From an uncultured Clostridia bacterium (lineage in GTDB: Bacteria; Bacillota; Clostridia; Christensenellales; Aristaeellaceae), in assembly GCA_934663625.1 (NCBI GenBank), contig CAKUKP010000002.1:726-64725 (forward strand): a stretch of DNA of 64,000 bases, given 5' to 3'. The position numbers were made by a program, and so were the translations under genes. Shown piece by piece: positions 1 to 10,397 of the stretch. Positions within the stretch are counted from its first letter, which is position 1. Each line of letters starts with the position of its first letter. A model generated the notes under the pieces. The model did not search any database. It was not told the origin of the DNA and worked only from the letters and a program-made list of their open reading frames with translations.

Positions 1-514
1 AATCTCCGACGGCAAACCAGTCCCTTCGGCTGTCGCTGGTACCGGTTTTCAGCGCTGCATGCAGCTGCCTGATCAGCCCCTCGGTAAGCGGGGCGTTCGC
101 CCGATCGATCACCCGATCGATGCAGCGAAAATGATTGGCGGTTTCGATCACATCATCCACGTTTACGCTTTCATCGGTAACGCCGATGGTGTTGGTTTCA
201 AATATATAGCGCGTTTGATCGTGGGTCAGGCGGCTGCCCTCGATGCGATTGGAATTGTAGGTCAGATCGATCTGGATTTTATGATAAATGCCGCCGGAAC
301 GTTTGGCAGCCTTTTCATCGCGCAATCTGTCCAGCAGCGTTTCGGGTGCGCGCCTTTTCGAAACGCGCGCGGGCTTTTCCGCGTCGGATGGAATATTCCA
401 TGTTTTTCCCGTCAGGAAAGCGCCCGCCACGCGCCCTTCGGCGCAATAATTGCGCACGCTGCGTTCGGATACATTCCATTTTTTCGATATTTCTGCAACG
501 GAAAGATACGCCAT
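1..514 (-). CDS. Fic/DOC family protein with N-terminal HTH (5' part only; gene runs off the left edge)
   Basis: Absent from the ORF track because there is no stop in the window. Reverse strand ATG at 514, AGGAGG at 521-526. Translates MAYLSVAEISKKWNVSERSVRNYCAEGRV (HTH) ... IYHKIQIDLTYNSNRIEGSRLTHDQTRYIFETN ... ETANHFRCIDRV, typical of the N-terminal half of Firmicute Fic proteins. The catalytic HxFxxGNGR motif would lie outside the window. Confidence 0.7.
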   Translation of the reverse strand, partial: MAYLSVAEISKKWNVSERSVRNYCAEGRVAGAFLTGKTWNIPSDAEKPARVSKRRAPETLLDRLRDEKAAKRSGGIYHKIQIDLTYNSNRIEGSRLTHDQTRYIFETNTIGVTDESVNVDDVIETANHFRCIDRVIDRANAPLTEGLIRQLHAALKTGTSDSRRDWFAVGD

Positions 515-616
515 GCATTGCCTCCTGCGGATGATCTAGCGATAGTATACCATCTTATCGGCAAAAATACAACCGATTCTCAAATCTATTTCTCGCTTAT
601 TTTTGCCGATAGCGGC

Positions 617-650
617 AAAAAAACTGCCGCAGATACGCATTCTGCGACAG
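617..650 (-). terminator. Intrinsic terminator downstream of pyrG
   Basis: On the minus strand CUGUCGCAGA-AUGCGUA-UCUGCGGCAG (10 bp, one G-U) followed by U7, about 35 nt after the pyrG stop. Confidence 0.75.
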
Positions 651-684
651 CTTTCATAAAATGATATACGTAGTACCCGCGGAT

Positions 685-2307
685 TTACTTCTGCTCCGCC
701 CGCGCGATGGAAGCGCCTACGAAGCCCAGGAACAGCGGATGCGGGCGGTTCGGGCGGCTCTTGAATTCGGGATGGAACTGCACGCCCAGATAGAAATCCT
801 CGTCGGACAGCTCCACGGTCTCGACCAGCCTTCCGTTCGGGGAAATGCCGCTCAGCGTCAGCCCCGCAGCCTCCAGCCGTTCGCGGTACAGGTTGTTGAA
901 TTCATAGCGGTGGCGATGGCGTTCATCGATGCGATCCTTTCCATAGCAGCGCGCCATCGTGGTATCGGGAACGACGCAGCAGGGATAGCTGCCCAGCCGC
1001 AGCGTGCCGCCCTTATCGATTTCGTCGCTCTGGCCGGGCATGAAATCGATCACGGGATCGGGCGTGCATTCATCAAATTCATGGGAATTCGCCTTTTGCA
1101 GCCCCAGCGCGTGGCGCGCGTATTCGATCACGGCGATCTGCATGCCCAGGCAGATGCCGAAATACGGCACATGGTGCAGCCGCGCATATTTCGCCGTCAG
1201 AATCATGCCTTCAATGCCGCGCGAACCGAAGCCGCCGGGCACGATGATGCCGTCCAGACCGGAGAGCAGTTCTTCGCAGGTTTCCTCGGTAATCGCTTCG
1301 GAATCGATCCATTCGATATTTACGCGCGCATCCAGCGCATAGCCCGCGTGCCGCAGCGCTTCCGCCACGGAAAGATACGCATCGTGCAGCTGCACATATT
1401 TGCCCACCAGCCCGATGGTCACGCGCTTGTTCTGGTGCCGCACGCGATCCACCATGGCGCTCCATTCGGTCAGATCGGGCGCGGGCGCATCGATATGCAG
1501 TTCGCGGCACACGATGCCGGAAAGGTTCGCTTCCTCCAGCATCAGCGGCGCTTCGTACAGAATCGGCAGCGTAAGATTTTCGATGACGCAGTCCGGCGCG
1601 ACATTGCAGAAATTGGCGACCTTGCGGAAGATGCTTTCATCGGTGATTTTTTCATCGGTGCGCAGTACGATGATGTCCGGCGAAATGCCCATGCCCTGCA
1701 GCTCCTTCACGGAATGCTGCGTGGGCTTGGATTTATGCTCGCCCGAAGCCTTCAGATACGGCACGAGCGTTACATGAATGTACAGCGAATTATCCTTGCC
1801 GACCTCGCGCCCCACCTGGCGGATGGCGTCGATGAAGGGCTGGCTTTCGATATCGCCGATGGTGCCGCCGATTTCGGTGATCACCACATCGGCGTCGGTC
1901 TTTTTGCCTACGGAATAGATAAAGCGCTTGATTTCATCCGTAATGTGGGGAATAATCTGCACGGTAGAGCCCAGATAGCCGCCCTGCCGTTCGCGGGAGA
2001 TGACGTTGGAAAACACCTTGCCGGTGGTCAGATTGGAGTACTTGTTCAGATCCTCATCGATGAAGCGTTCGTAATGTCCCAGATCCAGATCGGTTTCCGC
2101 GCCGTCCTCGGTCACGTATACCTCGCCGTGCTGATAGGGGCTCATCGTGCCGGGATCGACGTTGATGTAGGGATCCAGCTTCTGCGCCGCGACCTTCAGC
2201 CCGCGCGCCTTGAGCAGCCTGCCCAGCGAAGCCGCCGTAATGCCCTTGCCCAGACCGGAAACCACGCCGCCGGTTACGAAAATATACTTTTTGCCGTACT
2301 CGCTCAT
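685..2307 (-). CDS. pyrG: CTP synthase
   Basis: [29 protein letters not shown]... N-terminal synthetase motif and C-terminal glutamine amidotransferase (GICLGMQ, HRHRYE). Start moved to the ATG at 2307, which has GGAGG upstream; the track ORF starts at 2355. Confidence 0.97.
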   Translation of the reverse strand: MSEYGKKYIFVTGGVVSGLGKGITAASLGRLLKARGLKVAAQKLDPYINVDPGTMSPYQHGEVYVTEDGAETDLDLGHYERFIDEDLNKYSNLTTGKVFSNVISRERQGGYLGSTVQIIPHITDEIKRFIYSVGKKTDADVVITEIGGTIGDIESQPFIDAIRQVGREVGKDNSLYIHVTLVPYLKASGEHKSKPTQHSVKELQGMGISPDIIVLRTDEKITDESIFRKVANFCNVAPDCVIENLTLPILYEAPLMLEEANLSGIVCRELHIDAPAPDLTEWSAMVDRVRHQNKRVTIGLVGKYVQLHDAYLSVAEALRHAGYALDARVNIEWIDSEAITEETCEELLSGLDGIIVPGGFGSRGIEGMILTAKYARLHHVPYFGICLGMQIAVIEYARHALGLQKANSHEFDECTPDPVIDFMPGQSDEIDKGGTLRLGSYPCCVVPDTTMARCYGKDRIDERHRHRYEFNNLYRERLEAAGLTLSGISPNGRLVETVELSDEDFYLGVQFHPEFKSRPNRPHPLFLGFVGASIARAEQK

Positions 2308-2383
2308 GTATCGTACCTCCCCGAAAAATAAAAAAGAGCGAAAGACGCCTTCCAAACGTCACGCCCTTGCTCAGTTCCTAAAA

Positions 2384-2412
2384 ATAATACCATCTCATGT
2401 TTTCCGCGTCAA
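2384..2412 (-). promoter_or_regulatory. Sigma-A type promoter for pyrG (TTGACG-17-TATTAT)
   Basis: Minus strand: -35 at 2407-2412, 17-nt spacer, -10 at 2384-2389. A terminator-like leader element follows (see findings). Confidence 0.5.
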
Positions 2413-2416
2413 GCAA

Positions 2417-2464
2417 TTTTCCCGCGTTCGCCTGTAAAAAATTTGCGCAGGCGAACGCGGAAAA
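2417..2464 (-). terminator. Long hairpin terminator after the M24 peptidase gene
   Basis: 17-bp inverted repeat TTTTCC(C)GCGTTCGCCTG ... CAGGCGAACGCGGAAAA with one bulge, 45 nt downstream of the stop at 2509. Confidence 0.6.
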
Positions 2465-2508
2465 CTGCAATTCCTACATCGACGATACGAATCGGATACG
2501 CAAACGCG

Positions 2509-3675
2509 TTATGCGTATTCCTCGAAGCCCCACTTGAAGGTGTTCAGCTCCTCCGCGCCGTTTTCGGTAACCAGAATCATGTGCTCAAGGCGCACGCCGA
2601 CACCATCATCCGTGCCTGAGAAATTCTGCGGCTCCATGCACACCACCATGTTGGGCACGATGGGCGTATCCGGATCGTAGCAGAGGATGCGGGCGGGTTC
2701 ATTTACATTGCAGCCCACATGATGTCCGCTGTATACGATCGGTTCATGGCCATAGCGGTTGAATACCTTCTTCATCGCTTCATCCACGCCGCGCAGCGTG
2801 TTGCCGGGCTTCAGCATGGAAAGACCGGTATTGAACACATCGCGCACCATCTTGAAATAATCCAGTTCCTTTTCGGAGGGCTTCGCGCCGAAGGTTACGG
2901 TATTCGCACAATCGCACCAGTAGCCGTTCAGGCGGATGCTGGTATCGAATATGCCGTTATCACCGCGCTGGATCACGCGATCCACCGGACCGGAAATGCC
3001 GGCAAGCCTGCCCACGCGCGGGCCTGTCGCCACATCGCCGGTGAGCGTTACCTTGCCCGCCGCGCCGAAGATCGCCTGATACACCGCGAAATATACATCG
3101 TATTCGGTCATGCCTTCGCGGTATTCGCGCGCCTGACGCATAAATTCCGCGTGTCCCGCGTTCAGCGCGTTCGCCGCGCGGCGCAGGCGTTCGATTTCGT
3201 AGGGCATTTTCACCATGCGAATCACATCGATCCACGCCTGCGCATCGATCGTTTCGCCGCTGAAGCGCTTATCTACTGCGCTCTTTACGAACCACGGGGT
3301 CGCCAGCATTTCCACCGCGATGCGCTTTGCGCCCTTCAGCGCGCCGTCCAGCACATCGTCGAACAGGCTGTACAGGCACTGGGGATAATGCTTATCCTCG
3401 AAGAAATCCATGGTGCCAAAGGGCAGAACCTCATCCGCAAAGCTGTTTTCCTTTGCGGAGCCGAATACGCAATCCGCCGCCAGCATCGTCACCTTGCCGC
3501 GCTGCGCATCCACAACGGCGTAGGTAAACGCGCCGTCTACGCAGCTGTCGCTCGCGCCATAGGAAATCGGGGTATCATAGCCCGTTACATACGCCACATT
3601 ATCCGGCCTGCAAAGGATCATCAGATCGATGTTGTCCTTCTGCATCGCGCCAAACAGTTTCGTGTTCATCATCAT
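2509..3675 (-). CDS. M24 family metallopeptidase (Xaa-Pro aminopeptidase / creatinase-like)
   Basis: 388 aa with a creatinase-like N-domain and pita-bread C-domain pattern (..GDNGIFDTS.., ..YSGHHVGCNVNE.., ..VCMEP..VRLEH). Its RBS overlaps the end of the upstream gene. Confidence 0.8.
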   Translation of the reverse strand: MMMNTKLFGAMQKDNIDLMILCRPDNVAYVTGYDTPISYGASDSCVDGAFTYAVVDAQRGKVTMLAADCVFGSAKENSFADEVLPFGTMDFFEDKHYPQCLYSLFDDVLDGALKGAKRIAVEMLATPWFVKSAVDKRFSGETIDAQAWIDVIRMVKMPYEIERLRRAANALNAGHAEFMRQAREYREGMTEYDVYFAVYQAIFGAAGKVTLTGDVATGPRVGRLAGISGPVDRVIQRGDNGIFDTSIRLNGYWCDCANTVTFGAKPSEKELDYFKMVRDVFNTGLSMLKPGNTLRGVDEAMKKVFNRYGHEPIVYSGHHVGCNVNEPARILCYDPDTPIVPNMVVCMEPQNFSGTDDGVGVRLEHMILVTENGAEELNTFKWGFEEYA

Positions 3676-3685
3676 CCGTATCTCC

Positions 3686-4717
3686 TTATTGATTGTTCTC
3701 CTGCGCCCGATTCGCTTCCTCTACCTGATCCAGTATGCTGTCCGCTTCTCCCGAAGCGACGTATACGGGATTTGCGCCGCTGAAATCGCAGCGCATCAGC
3801 CGGAAGCCCTCGTCCACATTTTTGTAGTACAGCTTGCCGGAACCGACGCAGAGCATGGACGCCTGATTCTGGCGCACCCAGTTCATTTTTTCATCGCCGG
3901 ATCCGATGCGGAAAATGCCCACGGAATAATCCACCTTGCCGGTGTAGGAATACACCGCCATAAACAGATCCGTTCCGCCGATCGATAAAGCGTTCGCCGG
4001 AATGGGCATAATGATCCGCGCGCCCTTGCCATCCAGCCCGCAGGAATACACCGCCTTCGTGGTGGAAAAATACATCTTCGATTCCGCTTCATGGATCAGC
4101 GCGCAATAGACATATTCGTCGATCAGCGTCTTTTGATTCTGACCGTCGTGATCTGTGCGCACCAGCGCGTTTCTCGCATCCTTATCCGTATAATACAGAT
4201 ATGCATCCGTGGTCAGCAGGAAGCCGACGTTCGCATCCGAAAGCTTCGTAAGATCGCTTCCATCCGCGCCGCAGCGATACAGGCCGCGATGCTCCAGCCG
4301 CTTTACGCACGCGAAAAACAGTTCATCGCCCGAAAAGGCAAAGAATTCCGCGCTGAACGGCACGATCCGCTTCGCTTCACCGCCCGCCACGGGTCTGCAA
4401 TACAGCGCGTTGGACTGGCCCGCATCGGTATAATAGATCATACCATCCCGATAAATCAGCGAAGTGGCGTACACATCCCACAGCATATAGGGATCGCCGT
4501 CATCCGGCTTTACCCAAATGCCGTTGCTGCAATAATAGGTGCAGCCATCGCCCTGTGCGACGGCGCCGCCGTTTACGATATTTGCGGTATCCACCGTCCA
4601 TTGCGTGGCTTCCGCCATTCCATCCGGCAGACCATATTCCGCCAGCGCGCCGCCGATATTCAGCATAAGCAGCGCGAGCAAAATAACCGCGCAGATTTGC
4701 AAGCATCTTCTTTTCAT
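3686..4717 (-). CDS. Secreted DUF5050-like (YWTD/beta-propeller-like) protein
   Basis: Signal peptide MKRRCLQICAVILLALLMLNIGGALA. Repeated ..YYTD...LYR...DGS...L.. blades. Start chosen at the ATG at 4717 (GGAG 9 nt upstream) rather than the track start at 4774. Confidence 0.6.
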   Translation of the reverse strand: MKRRCLQICAVILLALLMLNIGGALAEYGLPDGMAEATQWTVDTANIVNGGAVAQGDGCTYYCSNGIWVKPDDGDPYMLWDVYATSLIYRDGMIYYTDAGQSNALYCRPVAGGEAKRIVPFSAEFFAFSGDELFFACVKRLEHRGLYRCGADGSDLTKLSDANVGFLLTTDAYLYYTDKDARNALVRTDHDGQNQKTLIDEYVYCALIHEAESKMYFSTTKAVYSCGLDGKGARIIMPIPANALSIGGTDLFMAVYSYTGKVDYSVGIFRIGSGDEKMNWVRQNQASMLCVGSGKLYYKNVDEGFRLMRCDFSGANPVYVASGEADSILDQVEEANRAQENNQ

Positions 4718-4778
4718 ATCGATGAACTCCATCATACAGGTTTGGGAGGGACGATGAAGCCCCTCCCCGCCCACTATA

Positions 4779-5762
4779 TTACATTACCGCTTTTTTGCCC
4801 TGATTCTGGCGCAGAATCGTTACGTATACCGCGACCAGCAGGATCACGCCGTACACGATGTTCTTGACTGCATCGGGCATCATGAACGCGGACAGCATGC
4901 CGTTCGCGATGGTCAGCACCAGTGCGCCCGCGATCGTGCCGATATAATTGCCGCGGCCGCCGGACATGGAAGTACCGCCGATCGCCACAACCGCGATGGA
5001 CTGGAACAGAATGAAATCGCCCATGCCCAGATACGCGTTGGTGATCTTGCCCGCGTACAAAATGCCGCCGAACGCCGCGAACAGGCCGCTGATGCCGTAA
5101 GCGATCATCTTGGTCATTCGAGTATCGATGCCGGAATAGTGCGCCACGGATTCATTGTTGCCGATGGCGTACACCTTGCGGCCAAAGGGGGTTTTCCACA
5201 GCAGCAGCGTAATGATCACGGCGACGACCAGCCACACCCATACGATGTTCGGCAGGCCGAGCGGCGAAGCCATCACGAATTTCTGCAAATCGGCAGGCGT
5301 ATAGCCGCCCGCGAAGGAATTGTGCGTAAGGCCTACCGTAATGCCCTGAATGATTACGTTTACGCCGTAGGTCATAATCAGCGGGCTGATGTTCAGATAG
5401 GCGATACCGAAGCCCTTGAACATGCCGACCGCCGCGCCCAGCAGACAGCAGATCGCCATAACGCCGATTTCCGCCCATCCGCCTTCGATGCCATTGCTCT
5501 TGCACATCATTACGAACAGCACCGCCGCGCCGTTCAGCGTCCACTGAATGGAAAGATCGATGCCGCACAGCAGGATCGCAAACGTCTGGCCGACCGCCAG
5601 AATGCCTAGGATCGCCGCCTGCGCCGTCAGCAGTCGAATCTGACCGATGGTGGCGAATTCCGGCTTTAAAATACTTACGACGATATACATGACAATCGCC
5701 ATTGCGTAGCTGAAGTATATCGAAGAATTCTTGCGGTACGACCGCTTGATCTTAGTCAGCAT
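4779..5762 (-). CDS. ABC transporter permease (ribose/branched-sugar type, BPD_transp_2-like)
   Basis: 327 aa, multi-TM hydrophobic, RbsC-like pattern. Start overlaps the stop of the upstream permease. Confidence 0.85.
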   Translation of the reverse strand: MLTKIKRSYRKNSSIYFSYAMAIVMYIVVSILKPEFATIGQIRLLTAQAAILGILAVGQTFAILLCGIDLSIQWTLNGAAVLFVMMCKSNGIEGGWAEIGVMAICCLLGAAVGMFKGFGIAYLNISPLIMTYGVNVIIQGITVGLTHNSFAGGYTPADLQKFVMASPLGLPNIVWVWLVVAVIITLLLWKTPFGRKVYAIGNNESVAHYSGIDTRMTKMIAYGISGLFAAFGGILYAGKITNAYLGMGDFILFQSIAVVAIGGTSMSGGRGNYIGTIAGALVLTIANGMLSAFMMPDAVKNIVYGVILLVAVYVTILRQNQGKKAVM

Positions 5763-6760
5763 TATACTTCTCTCCCTTCAGCGATGCGCTTGTTTTTGAT
5801 GATGGCGATGATCTGGTTGAAAGCGACCATCACGATCAGCAGAATGCCCTGAATCAGGGACGTCCAATACGCCTTCAGGCCGAGGAACAGCAGCGTATCC
5901 GTGAGCAGCTTCAGCACGAACGCGCCCACGATGGTGCCCGTCAGCGATCCGCGTCCGGTAGACGCATTCACGCCGCCGATGACGCATGCGCAGCAGGTCA
6001 GCAGCACATAGCTGTCGCCCGCCGTAGGCGAACCCGAATTTACATAAGCGGTTCTGTACAGACCGGCGATCGCGGCGAACAGGCCGGAGAAGGCGTACAC
6101 CATCAAAATCGTGCGGTTTACATTGATGCCGCTGTAATGCGCGCGCGAAGGATCCAGACCGATCGCAAACAGCGCGGTGCCGAAGCGCGTGCGCTTGATC
6201 CATTGCCACATCAGAATCAGCAGAATGATAAAGATCAGGGAAACCGGAATCTTGCCCCAGCGATGCATGATCGTGCTGGTAAAGCCCCACGCGGGCGAAC
6301 CGCCATCGTAGCGCAGGATCAGCAGCGCGATGCCATCGAAGATCTGCCAGGTGCCCAGCGTTACGATCCACGGCTGCATGCGCAGCTTGGTGATCATCAA
6401 ACCGTTCAGCGAACCGCCCACCACGCCGATTAACATGATCAGCAGCACCGTGCCGATGATACCGATGGTGCTATCCGGCATGATAACCGCCGCCAGCGAA
6501 TTGGTAAGGCAGATCATGCCCGCGATCGAAAGATCGGTGCCGTACAGCAGGGATACAAACGCCTGTCCCATCGAAGCGAACACCAGAATCATCGTGCCTT
6601 CGATCTTGTTGGCGATCCAGTTGCCGGAAAGCGCCGTGGGCTGGGCAATGCGAATGATGATCAATACGATCAGCAGCATGATATAGGGGAAAATCTGATC
6701 AAAATTGCTTTTGAACCATCCCCAGAGGCTGAATTTTCTTGCCTTGTTTGCCCTTTCCAT
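5762..6760 (-). CDS. ABC transporter permease (ribose type)
   Basis: 332 aa multi-TM paralog of 4779-5762. Overlaps the neighbouring genes by 1 nt at both ends. Confidence 0.85.
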   Translation of the reverse strand: MERANKARKFSLWGWFKSNFDQIFPYIMLLIVLIIIRIAQPTALSGNWIANKIEGTMILVFASMGQAFVSLLYGTDLSIAGMICLTNSLAAVIMPDSTIGIIGTVLLIMLIGVVGGSLNGLMITKLRMQPWIVTLGTWQIFDGIALLILRYDGGSPAWGFTSTIMHRWGKIPVSLIFIILLILMWQWIKRTRFGTALFAIGLDPSRAHYSGINVNRTILMVYAFSGLFAAIAGLYRTAYVNSGSPTAGDSYVLLTCCACVIGGVNASTGRGSLTGTIVGAFVLKLLTDTLLFLGLKAYWTSLIQGILLIVMVAFNQIIAIIKNKRIAEGREV

Positions 6761-8283
6761 TATTCAGCAACCTCCTTATCGTTTTCAAAATCATGGATGG
6801 CTGCGCCAACGGAAGCCAGAATAATATTTTCTTTGGTAATGTTTTTGCCCTCGAGCAATGCGGAAACCTTGCCATCGCATACCACGGCAACGCTGTCGCA
6901 CACGTTTACCAGTTCCTCAACATCGGAGGAATAATAGATTACCGTATAGCCCTGCCGCACCAGATCGCGCAGCAGCACGAAGATATCCGCCTTGGTGCCC
7001 ACGTCAACGCCGCGCGTGCAATCGTACATCAGGAAGATCTTCGGATCGGTCGCAAACAGCTTGGAGAACAGCACCTTCTGCTGGTTGCCGCCCGAAAGCT
7101 CGCCCACGTTCATTTCCGCATCGATCGCCTTGATGCGCAGATGGTTCATCGAAGAATTGATGATCTGATCTTCGCTCTTGCCATCCAGGAACGGCCCCTT
7201 GCAGATGCGGTTCAGCACCGGGAACGTAATGTTTTCACGAATCGAAAGCGTAAGGATCAGACCCTGCGTGCTTCGATCCTCAGGAATCAGCGCAATGCCG
7301 TGCTTGAATGCATCGGCGGGCTTATGCATCGTGATCTTTTTGCCCTCGGCGATGATTTCGCCCTGCTGCGGACGGATCACGCCCGCCAACGCAGAGAACA
7401 ATTCGGATTGTCCCTGTCCGGCAAGTCCGCCCACGCCCAGAATTTCGCCCTTGTGCGCCTTCAGGTTGATGCCGTGCAGATATTTGCCGTAGTGAATATC
7501 CTTTATTTCCAGCATAACCTCCTCGGTGCGGGTGTTCTCCTTCGGCGGGAAATAGCCCTCCTGCTTGCGGCCGAGCATCATCGATACCAGTTCATCGTTA
7601 TTGGTTTCCTTAATATTACGGCTGCCCACATATTCGCCGTTGCGGAATACGATCACGCGATCGCAGCCGCCGTGAATTTCCGCCAGTCGATGCGATATAA
7701 AAATGACGATACGGCCCTCATCCGCCATCTGGCGGGCGATCTTCAAAAGCCATTCCACGCGATCCTCCGGCAGTGCGGAAGTCGCTTCATCCAGAATAAC
7801 CACCTTCGGATCGCGAGCGAGCGCCTTCACGATTTCCACCATCTGGCGGAAGGGCAGGCCGAGATCGCGAACCAGATCGGTGGGCTTTACTTCGGAAATG
7901 CCGTATCTGTCCAATAGCTCCTGCGTTTTACGATTGATTTCCCTGCGGTTGATCATCTGGCCCACGCGCATATCGTCGCGATACAGGAAAACATTGTGCG
8001 CAACATCCAGATTGGGCGCCAGCGACAGTTCCTGATAAACGGGGCTGATGCCATAGCGGAAAGCATCGCGGGGAGAGCGAATGTCCAGCTGCTCTCCATC
8101 CAATGTAATCGTTCCGGAATCCGCACGCAAAGAACCGCTGAGAATCTTGATCAGCGTGCTTTTACCGGCGCCATTTTCACCCAGCAACGCGCATACCTCG
8201 CCATGATTCGCGCAAAACTCAACGCCGCGCAGCGCCTTCACACCGCTGAATGATTTGGTGATATTTTTCAGTTCCAGATCCAT
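6760..8283 (-). CDS. Sugar-type ABC transporter ATP-binding protein (duplicated ATPase, RbsA/MglA-like)
   Basis: MDLELKNITKSFSGVKALRGV.., Walker A GENGAGKST, second domain GLAGQGQSE, signature LSGGNQQK. Start set to the ATG at 8283 (GGAGA upstream). Confidence 0.9.
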   Translation of the reverse strand: MDLELKNITKSFSGVKALRGVEFCANHGEVCALLGENGAGKSTLIKILSGSLRADSGTITLDGEQLDIRSPRDAFRYGISPVYQELSLAPNLDVAHNVFLYRDDMRVGQMINRREINRKTQELLDRYGISEVKPTDLVRDLGLPFRQMVEIVKALARDPKVVILDEATSALPEDRVEWLLKIARQMADEGRIVIFISHRLAEIHGGCDRVIVFRNGEYVGSRNIKETNNDELVSMMLGRKQEGYFPPKENTRTEEVMLEIKDIHYGKYLHGINLKAHKGEILGVGGLAGQGQSELFSALAGVIRPQQGEIIAEGKKITMHKPADAFKHGIALIPEDRSTQGLILTLSIRENITFPVLNRICKGPFLDGKSEDQIINSSMNHLRIKAIDAEMNVGELSGGNQQKVLFSKLFATDPKIFLMYDCTRGVDVGTKADIFVLLRDLVRQGYTVIYYSSDVEELVNVCDSVAVVCDGKVSALLEGKNITKENIILASVGAAIHDFENDKEVAE

Positions 8284-8414
8284 ATTTCGATCTCCATTCC
8301 TGATCAAAATTCCAATAAATAGGCAATGTTCGATGTCCGATAATGGATGCGAGTCCACCCGAAGGTGGGCGGACTCGCTTTTGTTTGAACAGTTTTACAA
8401 ATTATTCGCGTTGA

Positions 8415-9521
8415 TTAGTGGAAGCTCTTCTGGCGCTCTACCAGTTCTTCCATGTTGATCTGTACCGGGAAATCTGCCGGCAGTACCCATGCTTCGTAGG
8501 CGGGGGTGTAGTTGGAGAACACGGTTTCGCCCTCGACATACTCATAAGCTTCCGCCAGTTCGCCGCCGATCTTGTCGGTCAGATCCTTGCGGTTGGTGAG
8601 CCATACGCCGCCCATCAGGATGTGCTTCTCTTCCGGCACCTGACCGTTGAGCATCTGCAGCGCGTATTCCATCGCAACTGCGCCCAGACCCGGCCAGTTT
8701 ACCAGCCACTGCAGTACATCGTAATCGCCGTTCGCCAGAACGTCGATGCCGGTGCCGTTCGCGCCGCCGCCGGTGATCACGGGGATCTTCTTGCCCGCGT
8801 TGCGGAACTGACGCGCGATGCAGTTTACATAGCCCTGAGAGAATACAGCGTCGATCTGGGAATTCGCCGCCATCGCGGATGCGATCGCTTCTTCAGCGGG
8901 CGCTTCTGCGAACTGACCTTCGAAGGTAGCAACTTCTACCATTTCGGGCGCATTTTCCTTCATCCATGCTTCCGCAGCATCCGACATCGCGGCGCCGGTC
9001 GCAGAACCGTTCAGACCGATGTCCAGAACCCAGTTGCCCTTGTAATCGCAGGCTTCCGCGATGAACTCAGCGCACAGTCTTGCAACTGCCGCCCAGTCGG
9101 TTTCGATCTTTACGAAATGATCGGTGGTTACTACCTGGTCGAAAACTACAACCGCCAGACCGGCCTGCTCGGCGCGCATCAGCGCGTTGTCGATACCGGT
9201 AACGGAGGAGGAGTCTACCAGGATCGCATCGTAGCCCATCTCAACGATGGCGTCGATGGAAGCGGTCTGGGATTCGGGGTCGTTGTCGCACTCGATGATG
9301 TCAACGGTGCACTGGTTTGCATAATAGGGATCCGCTGCTACCATCTGGGTAACGGCTTCCATGTTCTGACGCCAATCGTTGCCGATAAAGTTGTTGGACA
9401 TGGCGATCTTCCAGATCTTGCCTTCTTCGGCAAGCTCTGCGGAGTTCCACTTGTTCTCAGCCAGCGCCGCGCCTGCGATCACCATGCAGAGAACCAGGAT
9501 CAGAGAAACGATTCTTTTCAT
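8415..9521 (-). CDS. ABC transporter substrate-binding protein (periplasmic-binding-protein type I)
   Basis: Signal peptide MKRIVSLILVLCMVIAGAALA, then an RbsB-like fold pattern. Start at the ATG at 9521 with GGAGGG upstream; the track ORF is N-terminally over-extended. Confidence 0.85.
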   Translation of the reverse strand: MKRIVSLILVLCMVIAGAALAENKWNSAELAEEGKIWKIAMSNNFIGNDWRQNMEAVTQMVAADPYYANQCTVDIIECDNDPESQTASIDAIVEMGYDAILVDSSSVTGIDNALMRAEQAGLAVVVFDQVVTTDHFVKIETDWAAVARLCAEFIAEACDYKGNWVLDIGLNGSATGAAMSDAAEAWMKENAPEMVEVATFEGQFAEAPAEEAIASAMAANSQIDAVFSQGYVNCIARQFRNAGKKIPVITGGGANGTGIDVLANGDYDVLQWLVNWPGLGAVAMEYALQMLNGQVPEEKHILMGGVWLTNRKDLTDKIGGELAEAYEYVEGETVFSNYTPAYEAWVLPADFPVQINMEELVERQKSFH

Positions 9522-9598
9522 GATTGGTAACCCTCCATCTTTTTTTTCATTGGCGCTCCCGCCAATAAATTCGTTGGTTATAAACAGGGACGTATGGA

Positions 9599-10375
9599 TC
9601 AGAAATCTCTGGTTACGCCGATGTCCCATGCGCCGTCAACCGGAATGATCGCGCCGTTGATGTAAGAAGCCGCGTCCGTCGCCAGGAAGCAGCAGATGCC
9701 CGCGAAATCCTCCGGCTTGGCGATTCTGCCCGCCGGAATGTGGCTCAGCATCAGCTTCATGGATTCTTCGTCCAGCTTGGAAACTTCCTCATTTTCCACA
9801 TCGCCCGCCGCCAGTGCGTTGATGCGGATGCCGTCCGGCGCCATTTCCATGCCCACCGCGCGGGTGAAGTTAAACATGCCCGCCTTCGCCGCCGAGAACG
9901 CGCATTGCAGCTTGGACGGCATAAGTCCCTTCGCGGAACCGACCGTCGTAATGCTGCCGCCGCGCCCCTGCGCAACCATCTGCTGCGCCGCGGCCTTGAC
10001 GCAATAGAACGCGCCCGTCATATCCGTCGCGATCACATCGTCGAACAGATCATCATCGTAATCCTGCAATTCCGCGCGATGCGCGATGTTGCCCATCACG
10101 CCCGCCGCGTTTACCATGGCGTCCAGTCCGCCGTAGAGGGAAACCGCCTTTTCGACCATGGCGTGTGCGCTGTCCATATTGCGCACGTCCACTTCCACCG
10201 CTTCGACCGTGCCCAGCTTTTTCAGATCTTCGGCAACCTTATCCAGCTCCGCCTTGCGAATGTCCGCAATTACGACCTTCGCGCCGTTTTTCACAAACGC
10301 CTTCGCCACAGCCGCGCCGGTTGCGCCCGCCGCGCCCACAACGATAACGACCTTATCTTTCAATTCCTGCATCAT
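9599..10375 (-). CDS. SDR family oxidoreductase
   Basis: KVVIVVGAAGATGAAVAKAF Rossmann motif, 258 aa, typical SDR length and C-terminal INGAIIPVDGAW. Confidence 0.85.
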   Translation of the reverse strand: MMQELKDKVVIVVGAAGATGAAVAKAFVKNGAKVVIADIRKAELDKVAEDLKKLGTVEAVEVDVRNMDSAHAMVEKAVSLYGGLDAMVNAAGVMGNIAHRAELQDYDDDLFDDVIATDMTGAFYCVKAAAQQMVAQGRGGSITTVGSAKGLMPSKLQCAFSAAKAGMFNFTRAVGMEMAPDGIRINALAAGDVENEEVSKLDEESMKLMLSHIPAGRIAKPEDFAGICCFLATDAASYINGAIIPVDGAWDIGVTRDF

Positions 10376-10397
10376 TTTTCTGTTCCTCCTGTCCTGC

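Noticed and set aside
1-514. Fic gene as part of a toxin-antitoxin or mobile module.
   Set aside because: Only the N-terminal 171 codons are in the window. No antitoxin-like ORF or mobility gene is visible on the covered side, so this cannot be evaluated.
661-2331. Long ORFs on the strand opposite well-supported genes. Examples: 661-2331 (+) opposite pyrG, 2719-3783 (+), 6739-7917 (+), 8418-9530 (+), 14741-16231 (+) opposite htrA, 19478-23035 (+) opposite nifJ, 34712-36499 (+), 44255-46792 (+), 53333-54664 (+), 55511-56827 (+), 62349-63560 (-).
   Set aside because: These are typical high-GC shadow ORFs with R/A/G/H-rich low-information translations and no RBS. Each fully overlaps a gene that has clear catalytic motifs on the other strand.
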